From positions 1,728,001-1,792,000 of the forward strand of contig JBGANV010000001.1 of the NCBI GenBank assembly GCA_044222185.1: 64,000 nt of DNA. Reading direction: 5' to 3'. The notes beneath the pieces are model-generated. The model did not search any database, was not told the DNA's origin, and saw only the letters and a list, made by a program, of their open reading frames with translations. Position numbers and translations under genes: made by a program. Origin of the DNA: Planctomycetota bacterium (lineage in GTDB: Bacteria > Planctomycetota > GCA-002687715 > CAIWVZ01). This document shows positions 1 to 9,839 of the stretch, one piece after another; within the stretch, counting starts at the first letter, position 1; each line of letters begins with the position of its first letter.

Positions 1-34
1 CGCGTTCACCGCGGCCGTCGCACGCGCCGCGCCG

Positions 35-1606
35 TCAGGGAATCAACACGAACGTGCGCGGCGGTGTCAGGGCGACGGCGACCCCGGGAGCGACGACGAG
101 GCCTCCGCTCGGATCGACGATCGCCGCCTGACCGTGAAGGACGAGTCCAGCGAGGTAGGGGTAGCTCGGAATGGGAAGCGCAAGCACGGAGGCCCCCGCA
201 GCATCCGTCATGGTCGAACCGACCGAGCCGTCCGGAAGCAGGAGGTCGCCCGGTGCGACGGATATGGCCACACCGCATCCAACGGCGCTGCTCCTGGAAC
301 GTGAAAGCGCGAACGTCACGGGTGCGTTCGGCGCAGCACCGGAGACCGAGAGGGCAAACGCGGCATTCCCGAGCGTCGCGCTCCCGCCAGAGAGGATAGG
401 GACTCCACTCGAACCGGCGCAGCCGTGTCCGAAGCGGGACTCGTTGCGGAAGACGGTGCAGCCCCCGTTCGTCGTCGGCAGGCCGAAGAGATCGGGATCG
501 CCGTCTGCGTCGATGTCCATCACAGAAACGGAGAGCACGTTGGCCGGTGGCGTGATCCCGAGAAATGCCTGCGACTGGAACTGTCGCGCACCGCGCCCTC
601 GGAACACCGAGAGTGCCGTCTGATCGTAGTTGGCGGAGTTGCACGCAATCCCCGCCGTGCACCAGAGCTGTCGGACGACGATGTCCTGGATCCCGTCCTG
701 ATCGAGGTCCGCGACCGCGATCGGAATGCCGGGCGAAAACTGCAGCGGAAGGTAGACGACCGGTATCTCGAGCCCGAGCGTGGGATGACCGAAGAGGATG
801 AAGATGCCGGCTCCCGTGGCGAAGAGGAGATCGGCGCGACCGTCGAGGTCGACGTCGGCGGTGATGAAGTTCGACGCGCCGTAGAACGTCCCGACGAAGC
901 GGGTGCTGATCGGCGGCACGCCGCCTCCGATGGCGAAGTAGAGCCAGAGTAGCTGGGCGGACGTCTCGAAATGTGCCACGTCCAAGTGGCCGTCGCCGTC
1001 GAAGTCCGCGAGACCCGCGACCGGGCCGGCGGGCCCGCCCCATGACGCAACGACCCAATTCGGCCACGCGTTCCTGCACACGGTGAAGCGGTAACTCACG
1101 GACCCGGTCGACGTATGGGCGGCAACCACATCGTCGAGCCCGTCGCCGTCGACATCTCCGACGAACGGAGATCCAAGAACCCCGCTTCCTCCCGTGATGA
1201 CGGACACCGCGCCGGGTGAGAATCCTCCAGCGTTGACCGTCCCGACCACGCGGTGGGTGAAGGCCAATCCATCGGCGACGACGAGATCCGGCAACGCGTC
1301 CCCGTCCAGATTGGCGAACGCGGGACTGCCGGTGACGCCATATGGGAGTGTCGAGTCCGTTCGCAGCCACGCGGCGGCGCCGGCGAGATTCGTGTCCGGA
1401 TCGAGCATGAGGCTGAGTCGGCCAGCGTCCGTGAACGCCAGGTCCGGCGTTCCATTTCCGTCGACGTCTGCCGTCACACCCGGCGCCGGACAGGCGTGGT
1501 TTGTGAAGAGCGGAGTGACGAGCCCTCGTGACTCCTGCGTGAGTAGCTGCGCGTGTACCCACGGAACGCCAGCCCAGCACACCAATGCAACGCTTGCGAG
1601 TCTCAT
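35..1606 (-). CDS. Secreted FG-GAP/VCBS repeat protein with shared C-terminal domain
   Basis: Signal peptide ending HA-Q; repeated DxDGDGxxD motifs (ADVDGNGTPD, DVDGDGLDD, DFDGDGHLD); C-terminal FGHGCAG...TDAAG...QAAIVDP domain. Confidence 0.85.
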   Translation of the reverse strand: MRLASVALVCWAGVPWVHAQLLTQESRGLVTPLFTNHACPAPGVTADVDGNGTPDLAFTDAGRLSLMLDPDTNLAGAAAWLRTDSTLPYGVTGSPAFANLDGDALPDLVVADGLAFTHRVVGTVNAGGFSPGAVSVITGGSGVLGSPFVGDVDGDGLDDVVAAHTSTGSVSYRFTVCRNAWPNWVVASWGGPAGPVAGLADFDGDGHLDVAHFETSAQLLWLYFAIGGGVPPISTRFVGTFYGASNFITADVDLDGRADLLFATGAGIFILFGHPTLGLEIPVVYLPLQFSPGIPIAVADLDQDGIQDIVVRQLWCTAGIACNSANYDQTALSVFRGRGARQFQSQAFLGITPPANVLSVSVMDIDADGDPDLFGLPTTNGGCTVFRNESRFGHGCAGSSGVPILSGGSATLGNAAFALSVSGAAPNAPVTFALSRSRSSAVGCGVAISVAPGDLLLPDGSVGSTMTDAAGASVLALPIPSYPYLAGLVLHGQAAIVDPSGGLVVAPGVAVALTPPRTFVLIP

Positions 1607-1878
1607 GCAGCGCCTCCGCGGAGAATCTACAGCGGATCGTTCGTGTTCGCATCAACCGACGCGTGCGGCGGCGCAGGCCTCACGCGCCCGCTCGGAACGG
1701 ACATCGCGATCCCGTGCGCGGCACTCGCTCCCTCGCCGGATCACGCAGGCAATTCCGATGCGAGGCGAGAACGAACCGCGTGAAGTCGGCTGGGCCATCG
1801 ACCCCCGGGTCGCTCCGTCGCGACGGACAACTTCAGTCGCAACCACGTCCGTGCGAACATCGCACCACGAGGAACCAC

Positions 1879-2574
1879 ATGAAGGTCGTCATCGGAGAGG
1901 CGATCGCACGCGCGACCCGACCGCAGAAGGTCTGGTTGCAGGCCAGCACGGCCACGATCTACGCCCACCGCCTCGACGCACCGAATGACGAGCTCACCGG
2001 GATCCTCGGAGGCGACGAGCCGGGCGCCCCCGAGACCTGGCGATTCAGCATCGGCATCCCGACGGCCTGGGAGGCCGCGCTCGACGCCGCAGTCACTCCG
2101 CACACGCGAAAAGTCGCCATGCGCTCGGCCATGGTAATGACGCCAGACCGCGGCGGCGTGTTCGACGTGCTCACGACGCTCGCCCGTCGCGGGCTGGGTG
2201 GCAACGTCGGCGGCGGTCGCCAATACGTCTCCTGGATCCACGGTGAGGACTTCGTCCGCAGCCTGTACTGGCTCGCCGAGCACGAAGAGCTCGCGGGCGC
2301 CGTCAACATCTCCTCGCCGAATCCACTCCCCTATTCCGACTTCATGCGCGAGATCCGGCGCGCGCTCGGCGTTCGCGTCGCACTGCCGGCGCCCGCCTGG
2401 ATGGTGGAAGTCGCGGCCTGGTTCATGCGCACGGAGTCCGAACTCGTCCTGAAGAGCCGTCGCGTGATCCCCACGCGGCTGTTGCAGTCGGGGTTCACGC
2501 TCCGCTACCCGAGATGGTCGGATGCGGACGCGGACCGCTGCGCGAGGCTGCGGCCGGTCCCGGCGGGAGCGTGA
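1879..2574 (+). pseudogene. TIGR01777-like NAD-dependent epimerase (DUF1731), internally deleted and lacking the Rossmann GxxGxxG motif
   Basis: RBS GAGGA then MKVVI fused directly to GEAIARA...WLQASTATIYAHR; GxQYVSWIH and ELVLKSRRVIPTRL motifs; 231 aa versus about 300 typical. Confidence 0.7.
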
Positions 2575-2746
2575 TTCCCACACGCCGCGGCCGAGAATCC
2601 CGCGCCTTCCGGCACGCGGCGGCGCCCGAGCCGCCGGGCTCGCACGGATCCGGATGCTGGACCGGGGTGATGCCGCCGTGTAGATTCGCGGTCGATTCTC
2701 GGCGCGCCGTCGTCTCCGACCGTGCCGCCGTCGGAGTGAAGCGTCG

Positions 2747-3328
2747 ATGCCCAACCGCAGCACCGGCTCCCATCGGGGAGTCCTCGTCCTCGCAGCCCTT
2801 CTCGTCGGCGTTCCGCTCGCGATCGCCTGCGTCATCCCGCGAACCCTCGCCCAACAGATCGGAATGGCCGGCGACGAGATCCTCGTTGCACGGGTCGACT
2901 CCGTTCGCGAGATCGACGTCATGGAGCCCGACGGCTTCACGTTCACCTGGACGATCGCCGACCTGTCCGTCGAAGAGTCGTTGGTCACGGGTTCACGCGG
3001 CGGCACGACACGCGTAGCCATGAGAGGCGGAGTGCGGCCCGGTTCGCGCTCGACGTCCATCACGCCATCGCCAGAGGACATGAAGCCAGGCCGGAGACTC
3101 CTGCTCTTCCTCGCAAGCCACACGCCGGGCGCGGGTCTCCCGGCCGATGTGCCGTGGATCGTCCCGTCGTTCGCCGAGGTCTACCGAATCGAGTCCGTCG
3201 ACACGCGAACGGGACCACGCGAGGTCCTGCTCGGACAGGGTGCGGGCGCCGCCTTCCCCGACAACCGATCGCTCGCCGAGGCGCGGGAAGAAGTGATCCA
3301 ACTCGCCAGGACCTTGAGGAAGCGGTGA
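2747..3328 (+). CDS. Exported protein co-transcribed with the metallopeptidase (propeptide-like partner)
   Basis: Hydrophobic N-terminus; 4-nt gap to next gene; ADEILVARV...GG...PGRRLLLFL pattern. Confidence 0.65.
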   Translation: MPNRSTGSHRGVLVLAALLVGVPLAIACVIPRTLAQQIGMAGDEILVARVDSVREIDVMEPDGFTFTWTIADLSVEESLVTGSRGGTTRVAMRGGVRPGSRSTSITPSPEDMKPGRRLLLFLASHTPGAGLPADVPWIVPSFAEVYRIESVDTRTGPREVLLGQGAGAAFPDNRSLAEAREEVIQLARTLRKR

Positions 3329-3332
3329 GCCC

Positions 3333-4886
3333 ATGAAGCGACGCAACCCTGCCACTCCGCTCCTGATCATCGTCGTCGCGCTCACGCTCGCGCCAGGCCT
3401 GATCCTCGCATTCACGACGCTTGGAGGTGGCCAACTCCTCGGCATCGCCACGAGCGGAACGGGTTATCAACGCGACGTCCGCGTATGGAACAACGCCGTC
3501 GACCCGACCGCGAACCCCAACGGCGCAACGGACCCTTCCCTGCCTGGAGCGAGCGGCGCAGCGCTTGCCGGGTGGCGTGCATCGCGCGCCTGGAACTCCG
3601 ACACCCCGACCGCCGGCGGCAACTTCGACTACGACTGGCAGGGCGCGGCCACGGCCTCGAATCCGAACCAGAACACCATCAGCTTCGGCGACACGGGGTG
3701 CAGCGGCTCCGTCCTCGCGTACACCGAGACGCCGGTCAACGACGGGTGGCGAATCCTCGTCTGCGAGTCCGCCTGGGTGTGGTACGCGGACAACGGAACG
3801 CCGACGGCCGGTCAGTACGACCTGCGCGGCGTTCTCACACACGAACTCGGGCATGCGCTGGGTCTCGGCCACAGCCAGACGGCCAATTGCGCCGGTTCGT
3901 CGTGCAGTTCGAACCCCTGCATGTGCGCGTTCATCTGCGGAACGGGCGCGCCGCAGCGCGTGATCACGGCCGACGATCAGGCCGGCGTGCAATCGATCTA
4001 CGGCACCATTCCCGCGAACAAGCCCCTCATCACGAGCGTGAGTGGCTCGCTCGTGACGGGAGGAACGATCACGATCATGGGGCAGAACTTCGCGCCGACG
4101 GTCTCCGTGAAGTTCTCTGCACGAACGTCCACGAACACGGGGTCGATCCCCGGCGTCGTCACCAACGTGCCGTCGACCTTGGGCGGAACTCGGCTGACCG
4201 TGGTCGTCCCCTCGGCGGCCGTCTCGGGGAACGTCGTCGTCTGGGAGCCCGCGCTCGGCGTCATGTCGAATGCATTCCCCATCGGTCTGGGTCTGACCGC
4301 ACCCGCCATCACGTCGGTGACGCCGCAATCCGTACCGGCATTCGGCGACCCCGTCGTCACGCTCACCGGGACGGCGTTCTCCCCGGCCACGCAGGTCGTG
4401 TTCGGAGGAGTGACGCTGTCCCTCCCCGGTGGGTTCACGATCGTCAACGACACGACGATCACGTTCCCCGCCCCGCCAGCGCAGGCCTTCGGGCCGGCAA
4501 CGGTCACGGTGACCAATCCGACGGGCACGAGCGCACCGGCGAACTTCGCGTACGTGGAAGTGGATCCGCCGCTCCTCATCACGCCCGGACTCACCTCATC
4601 CGCGGTGCCGTACACGGCGACTTTTGCCGGCGGCGCCAACGACACGTACTTCCTGGTCGCGGCACTGGACCCGACGACGACATCGTTCCTCGGCTTCACG
4701 GTCCTGCAGAACTACTTCGTGGTGACGTCCGGCGCACTGAACCCGCTCGGTCAGGGATCGCACACGGTCCAGATCCCACCCGGCCTGACGGGGATCACGT
4801 TCCGCATGCAGGTCGCGACGGTGAGTGACACGACCGCGAGCTTCGTCGGAGCAAGCAACATCACGCTCTCGGCAATCATCTTCTGA
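3333..4886 (+). CDS. Secreted matrixin (M10)-like zinc metallopeptidase with IPT/TIG domains and C-terminal domain
   Basis: HELGHALGLGH metzincin motif; Met-turn region (PCMC); two PxITSV...G IPT/TIG repeats; signal peptide. Confidence 0.85.
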   Translation: MKRRNPATPLLIIVVALTLAPGLILAFTTLGGGQLLGIATSGTGYQRDVRVWNNAVDPTANPNGATDPSLPGASGAALAGWRASRAWNSDTPTAGGNFDYDWQGAATASNPNQNTISFGDTGCSGSVLAYTETPVNDGWRILVCESAWVWYADNGTPTAGQYDLRGVLTHELGHALGLGHSQTANCAGSSCSSNPCMCAFICGTGAPQRVITADDQAGVQSIYGTIPANKPLITSVSGSLVTGGTITIMGQNFAPTVSVKFSARTSTNTGSIPGVVTNVPSTLGGTRLTVVVPSAAVSGNVVVWEPALGVMSNAFPIGLGLTAPAITSVTPQSVPAFGDPVVTLTGTAFSPATQVVFGGVTLSLPGGFTIVNDTTITFPAPPAQAFGPATVTVTNPTGTSAPANFAYVEVDPPLLITPGLTSSAVPYTATFAGGANDTYFLVAALDPTTTSFLGFTVLQNYFVVTSGALNPLGQGSHTVQIPPGLTGITFRMQVATVSDTTASFVGASNITLSAIIF

Positions 4887-5576
4887 CGGCTTCGAGAAAC
4901 GGCGTGGACTGCAGCTCCGTCCCGTCGTGCGCGGCATCATGCCGGGTGCTTCGGCGCCCGCGAACGGCCGGGTGATGCACGGCGGTTCGACGCCTCGTTC
5001 CGCGACGGCGCCGAGGCGGCGCCGGTCACGCAACGGTTCGAGGGCCGCCGGACGTGGGAACCCGGCGCCAACGGCGAAATCGAAGGCGAACCACTCGTGT
5101 GGAGGCATCTCGCAATCATCGCCGTGCGCGCGAGCGCGCCGGCCGCCTCCGGCTGATCGAACTCCTCGACGGCACGAAGCGCGGCGCGCAACCACTCGAG
5201 GCCGAGGCTCCGCTGACGCCGCCCCTGTGCGTGAACGAGGTCGTCCTTCGAGCGGCGCCCGATCGGCCCGAGGCATGGCGGCTTCGGGGCGTCATCCCGG
5301 TTCCCATGATGGACGCGCGTCCACGTTCAGGGCGGGGGCGAGAGATCAGCCAATCCGGCCCGTCAGGACCTGCGCCTCCGACGATCCGACCTTCGGACGC
5401 GGCCATCACCGCGGACGATCCCGCCGGTGACCTCGTTCGGATCACTGCCTTCGACGCAGGACGCTCGTGCGTGCCGCCGGACTCACGGGGTTGCCGATGG
5501 CGTGTCGGCCTCGTGCACGATCGACGGGCCACTCCGGAACCGCGCCGCTCGAATGGCCCGTAGTAGGATGACGCGC

Positions 5577-7685
5577 ATGAATTCAACCACGCTCGGACGG
5601 CGGTGTGGCCCTCGGTGCAACCCACCGATCGGCGTCGTCGCGCGCTCTCTGGCGGCAGCCCTCGTCATCGCCGGGTTCTCCATCGCGCAGTCGACCCAGC
5701 AAGCCGCGGTCCTCGTGAGCGCCACCGTCTCGACGAGTCCGCCTTCCATCAGCTTCTCCTGGCCGGCGGATTCCTCGGCGTCGAGCTACGCAGTGTACCG
5801 GCGGCTGAGTGGCGCAACGGCGTGGGGAACACCGACGACGATCCCCGGCGGCGCGTCCGCAACGTCGTGGGTCGACACCAGCGTCGTCCCCGGCACGCGG
5901 TACGAGTACTGGTTCAACAAGTCGGGCTCGGTCGCGGGACGAAGCCTCGTCGCGTCTGGCATCGAAGTGCCTGCGGTGGACGCGCGTGGCAAGCTCGTCC
6001 TCATGGTGGACGCGACGAAGGTCTCGGCCCTGGGCCCACGGCTCGATCGACTGATGAACGACCTCGTCGGCGACGGGTGGACGGTGCTGCGGCACGACGT
6101 CCTTCCCACGCAATCCGTACCCAGCATCAAGGCTCTCATCGTCGCGGACTACAACGCGGATCCGGCGAACGTCCGCGCGGTGTTCTTGCTGGGCCGGATC
6201 CCGGTCCCCTATTCCGGCATCATCGCGCCCGACGGTCATCCAGATCACCAAGGTGCCTGGCCGGCCGACGTGTACTACGGCGAGATCAACGGAACCTGGA
6301 CCGACGTCTCGGTAAATACCACGACGGCATCCCGCCAGGAGAACAAGAACGTCCCCGGCGACGGCAAGTTCGACCAGAGCCAGATCCCGAACGACGTGGA
6401 CCTCATGGTCGGGCGCGTCGACCTCTCCAACATGCCGGCGTTCGGCACGACCGAGGACGTGCTGCTCCAGAACTACCTGGACAAGGACCACGACTATCGC
6501 CACGGGGTCTTCACCGCCGATCGACGCGCCGTCATCGACGACAACTTCGGATACTTCGCCGGCGAGGCCTTCGCGGCGACCGGGTGGCGCAACTTCTCCG
6601 CGCTGCTCGGAGTGTCGAACGTCGTGGCGGCGGACTATTTCACGACGCTGAACACGACCTTCGGCGGCGGTCATCTGTGGTCCTACGGCTGCGGTGGCGG
6701 CTCCTACACGAGCGCGGGCGGCATCGGCTCGACGACGGATTTCACGAGCAGCACCAACCGCAACGTGTTCACGATGTTGTTCGGCAGCTACTTCGGCGAC
6801 TGGGATTCCCAGAACGACTTCCTGCGTGCGCCGCTCTGTACTGGATGGACGCTGTCGAGTTGCTGGGCAGGGCGACCCCACTGGTCGTTCCATTTGATGG
6901 GCATGGGTGACACGCTCGGGCACTGCGCGCGGTTCAGCCAGAACGACACGGTCGCGGGCGGTTTCGGCACGCGGTCGATCCACGTGGCGTTGATGGGTGA
7001 TCCCACCCTGCGCGAGCATGTCCTCTCGCCGCCGGCGAACGTCGCGGCGCTCGCGGGAGGCGGGCAGGTCGCCGTCACGTGGGCCGCGTCGCCTGCGGTC
7101 GTTGCGGGCTACCACGTCTATCGCAGCTCATCGGCCTCGGGGCCGTTCACGCGCCTCACGACGGCGCCGGTCACGGGGCTGAGCTTCGTCGATCCGGCGC
7201 CGGTAGCGATGACCGACATCTACATGGTCCGGTCGATCGCTCTCGAGTCGGGATCGAGCGGCTCCTATTGGAACTCGAGTCAGGGTGTCACGGCGACCGC
7301 GTGTCCGGCGCCGACCGCCATCGCCCAGAGCATCGGGTCCTCGTGCGGCGTCGTGCCGCCATCGCTCCAAGGCACGCCTCCGATCATCGGCCAGGCGGTG
7401 ACCCTCTCCGTCACCAATGGAACGCCGAACGCCGCCGGCGGGATCTACGTGGGCGTACTCGGGACTCCGACGGCAGTCGGGAACGGATGCACGTTGCAGC
7501 TCGATCTCCCGACCCTCGCGCTGTTCGCGCCAATCCAGCTCACGCCCCAAGGCGCGTGGTCGCTCTCGACGTCGCTCCCGAACGACCCGACCCTCCTGTG
7601 TCGCGGCGCCGACTTCCAAGCCGTCGTTTTCGAGTCAGGCGGCGTCGCGCTGACCAACGCCCTCCACGTGGTCGTCGGCAACTGA
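5577..7685 (+). CDS. Secreted FN3 plus peptidase C25 (gingipain)-like domain protein with shared C-terminal domain
   Basis: FN3-like segments (YAVYRR...YEY; YHVYRS) flank a domain with FLLGRIPVP, ADVYYG, VGRVD, GSYFGDWD and LMGDPTL motifs; start chosen at ATG 7 nt after TAGGAT. Confidence 0.7.
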   Translation: MNSTTLGRRCGPRCNPPIGVVARSLAAALVIAGFSIAQSTQQAAVLVSATVSTSPPSISFSWPADSSASSYAVYRRLSGATAWGTPTTIPGGASATSWVDTSVVPGTRYEYWFNKSGSVAGRSLVASGIEVPAVDARGKLVLMVDATKVSALGPRLDRLMNDLVGDGWTVLRHDVLPTQSVPSIKALIVADYNADPANVRAVFLLGRIPVPYSGIIAPDGHPDHQGAWPADVYYGEINGTWTDVSVNTTTASRQENKNVPGDGKFDQSQIPNDVDLMVGRVDLSNMPAFGTTEDVLLQNYLDKDHDYRHGVFTADRRAVIDDNFGYFAGEAFAATGWRNFSALLGVSNVVAADYFTTLNTTFGGGHLWSYGCGGGSYTSAGGIGSTTDFTSSTNRNVFTMLFGSYFGDWDSQNDFLRAPLCTGWTLSSCWAGRPHWSFHLMGMGDTLGHCARFSQNDTVAGGFGTRSIHVALMGDPTLREHVLSPPANVAALAGGGQVAVTWAASPAVVAGYHVYRSSSASGPFTRLTTAPVTGLSFVDPAPVAMTDIYMVRSIALESGSSGSYWNSSQGVTATACPAPTAIAQSIGSSCGVVPPSLQGTPPIIGQAVTLSVTNGTPNAAGGIYVGVLGTPTAVGNGCTLQLDLPTLALFAPIQLTPQGAWSLSTSLPNDPTLLCRGADFQAVVFESGGVALTNALHVVVGN

Positions 7686-7750
7686 GCGCGGGTCCGACGC
7701 GAGGCGCCGGCGTGAACGTCGAGCCGGTCCCCCCGGATCGCAGCGCCGCG

Positions 7751-9664
7751 TCAACGAGGACGCTTGGGTCGCACGTCGAGGGCACGAAGGCGCGCGTCGC
7801 GCGTGACACCCAGCCGTGTCACGGCGACGCCGTCGATCGTCGCGAGGGGCTGCAGATCGCCCACGCGGCGGATGGATACCGACACCGTGCCCGGCAGGAT
7901 GCCCACCAGCGTGAACATGCCGTTGCTGTCGACGGCCGCACCGAAGGTCTGCACGGCCGGGCGTTGATCCGACGTGGAGTCCGCCCGTTCGACGGCGACG
8001 ACGAGGCGCGCCACGGGCGCGGCCTCGTCGGTGACGAGCGAACCTTCGATCGTGCCCGCCCCATGAAGAACGATCGTGCGATCCGTCGTGCCCGCTTCCA
8101 GATGGGGCGATGAGGGCACCTGGACGTAGCCCTCTGCCTGTGCCGTCAGCGAGAACGACGTGATGCGGACATCGTCGACCGACGGGGCCGCAGCGATCGT
8201 GAATCCCCCGTCTGAGGCCGTCCGCACGCGATGGCGGTGCGGCGCGGTATCACCGCCGCCGACGACGTCATGATCGCGGGAACTCTGGCCCCCACGCATG
8301 GACCGCGGCTCCAGGTCGAGTGTGACATCCGCCATGGGTCGTCCGAATTCATCGACGACTTTCCCAGACACGAGGGGAGTGGGCACCTGGAGCTCGACGT
8401 CGCCGAGGTCCCGCCTTTCGATGTTCCCAAACGGCGGAACGATCATCGCGTCTGAGCACGCGACGAGAACCGGCGACTGCATGGCCTCGACGAGAAGGGC
8501 GCAACCCTCGCCGTGGAACGCATACCTCTCGACGGGAATCGAAAAGCGCCCATCGCCATCCGTTACCACGACGAGATGCGGTTGCCGCGATGAGGCGCGC
8601 TCAGTCGGCACGAGATCGACGTGAATCTGTCGCCTCCCGAGCGGAGCGCGGTCGGGGCCGACGATGCGCCCCGAGAGGATCGGTTTGCGCCGGGCGAACC
8701 GAACGTCGACGTCGAACCCTCCTCCGGGGGCCGGTGTGAGCGATGCTGGATGGCAGACGTGTTCGAAAGCGTCGCATCGGGCGGCCACTGAGAACCCGCC
8801 GTCCGGCTCGACGGTCACGAACTGTGCAACGCCGTTCACGCCGTCGCGCATCGCCGCCCGCGACGGGACCAACGCGGCTTCCAATCCGCTTTCCTGCGGG
8901 CTGCGCTCCCTACCGAGCCATACTCTGACGTCGCCGGTGATCGGCGCCCCTTCAGGATCGCGTGCGTGCACGGTCACGCGCGCGGCGCGCGTCACGGTGA
9001 TGGTGAGCGGACGTCTCGCGGCTTCGTCCACGGTTGCTGCCACGCTCTCCGCTCTTGCCGCGGTGCCGATCACCGTTGCGCGCACGGTGACGGTGCCCTC
9101 GAGCGTTCCCCGCAGACGCATCGTATGCCCGCCGAACGCCACACCATCCGGCGCGCGCGTCGCCGACATGAAGAAGGTCTGCGACGACCGCCCCTCGGTC
9201 CTTGCCGACAGGGAGAACCAGACATCCACCCCGGGAACCGGCTCGCCCCGCGCGTCGATGACGCGGGCCTGGATCACGGCGCCGGAAACGATCGCCAGTC
9301 GCACTTCTCCGTGAGGCGCCTCGGTGAAATGTCTCGACCCGAAAGCCTCACCGCGCATCGCGGCGATCGTCAGACTCGCGGAGGTCCTGACCTGGGCTCG
9401 ACCCGAGGCGTCCGTTCGCGTCCGATTCGCCGGACGAGTCGTATCGAAGAGCGCGTACGCGACGGTCGCGTGGTACTGAAGGCTCCCCTCGGGCGGATCC
9501 TGATCTCCCCACACGACGTCCGCATCGGCGACGGGTTGGCCCGTTTCATGGTCGACGACGAAGACCGTCAAGACGTCCGGGTCAGTCGACGTCGGAGCCG
9601 TGACCGACGCGATGACGACCCCCAAGGCCACGGCCGCCGAGACGAACAGGTCCAGACAACGCAT
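7751..9664 (-). CDS. Carboxypeptidase regulatory-like (prealbumin-fold) repeat protein, exported
   Basis: N-terminal hydrophobic helix; repeated GxVVDxxGxP...TDxDGxF motifs. Confidence 0.7.
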   Translation of the reverse strand: MRCLDLFVSAAVALGVVIASVTAPTSTDPDVLTVFVVDHETGQPVADADVVWGDQDPPEGSLQYHATVAYALFDTTRPANRTRTDASGRAQVRTSASLTIAAMRGEAFGSRHFTEAPHGEVRLAIVSGAVIQARVIDARGEPVPGVDVWFSLSARTEGRSSQTFFMSATRAPDGVAFGGHTMRLRGTLEGTVTVRATVIGTAARAESVAATVDEAARRPLTITVTRAARVTVHARDPEGAPITGDVRVWLGRERSPQESGLEAALVPSRAAMRDGVNGVAQFVTVEPDGGFSVAARCDAFEHVCHPASLTPAPGGGFDVDVRFARRKPILSGRIVGPDRAPLGRRQIHVDLVPTERASSRQPHLVVVTDGDGRFSIPVERYAFHGEGCALLVEAMQSPVLVACSDAMIVPPFGNIERRDLGDVELQVPTPLVSGKVVDEFGRPMADVTLDLEPRSMRGGQSSRDHDVVGGGDTAPHRHRVRTASDGGFTIAAAPSVDDVRITSFSLTAQAEGYVQVPSSPHLEAGTTDRTIVLHGAGTIEGSLVTDEAAPVARLVVAVERADSTSDQRPAVQTFGAAVDSNGMFTLVGILPGTVSVSIRRVGDLQPLATIDGVAVTRLGVTRDARLRALDVRPKRPR

Positions 9665-9839
9665 CGGTCATCCCCCGTCATGGGCAGCGTCCGCCGCCGA
9701 GCCTGGACGAGAGCATGCACCCGAGGTCGCCGGAGGTCAATGATGAGCCTGCGTCGATCTCCCGGACGCGTGCCAACACCTGCACCGCACTGACGACCGA
9801 GTCGCGCGCGCACGCGAGGTTTCGCTGCTCAGCCAGGAA

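Noticed and set aside
4890-5560. Possible gene in the 680-bp gap between the matrixin and C25-like genes
   Set aside because: Candidate ORFs on both strands lack recognisable motifs or an RBS; may be decayed sequence.
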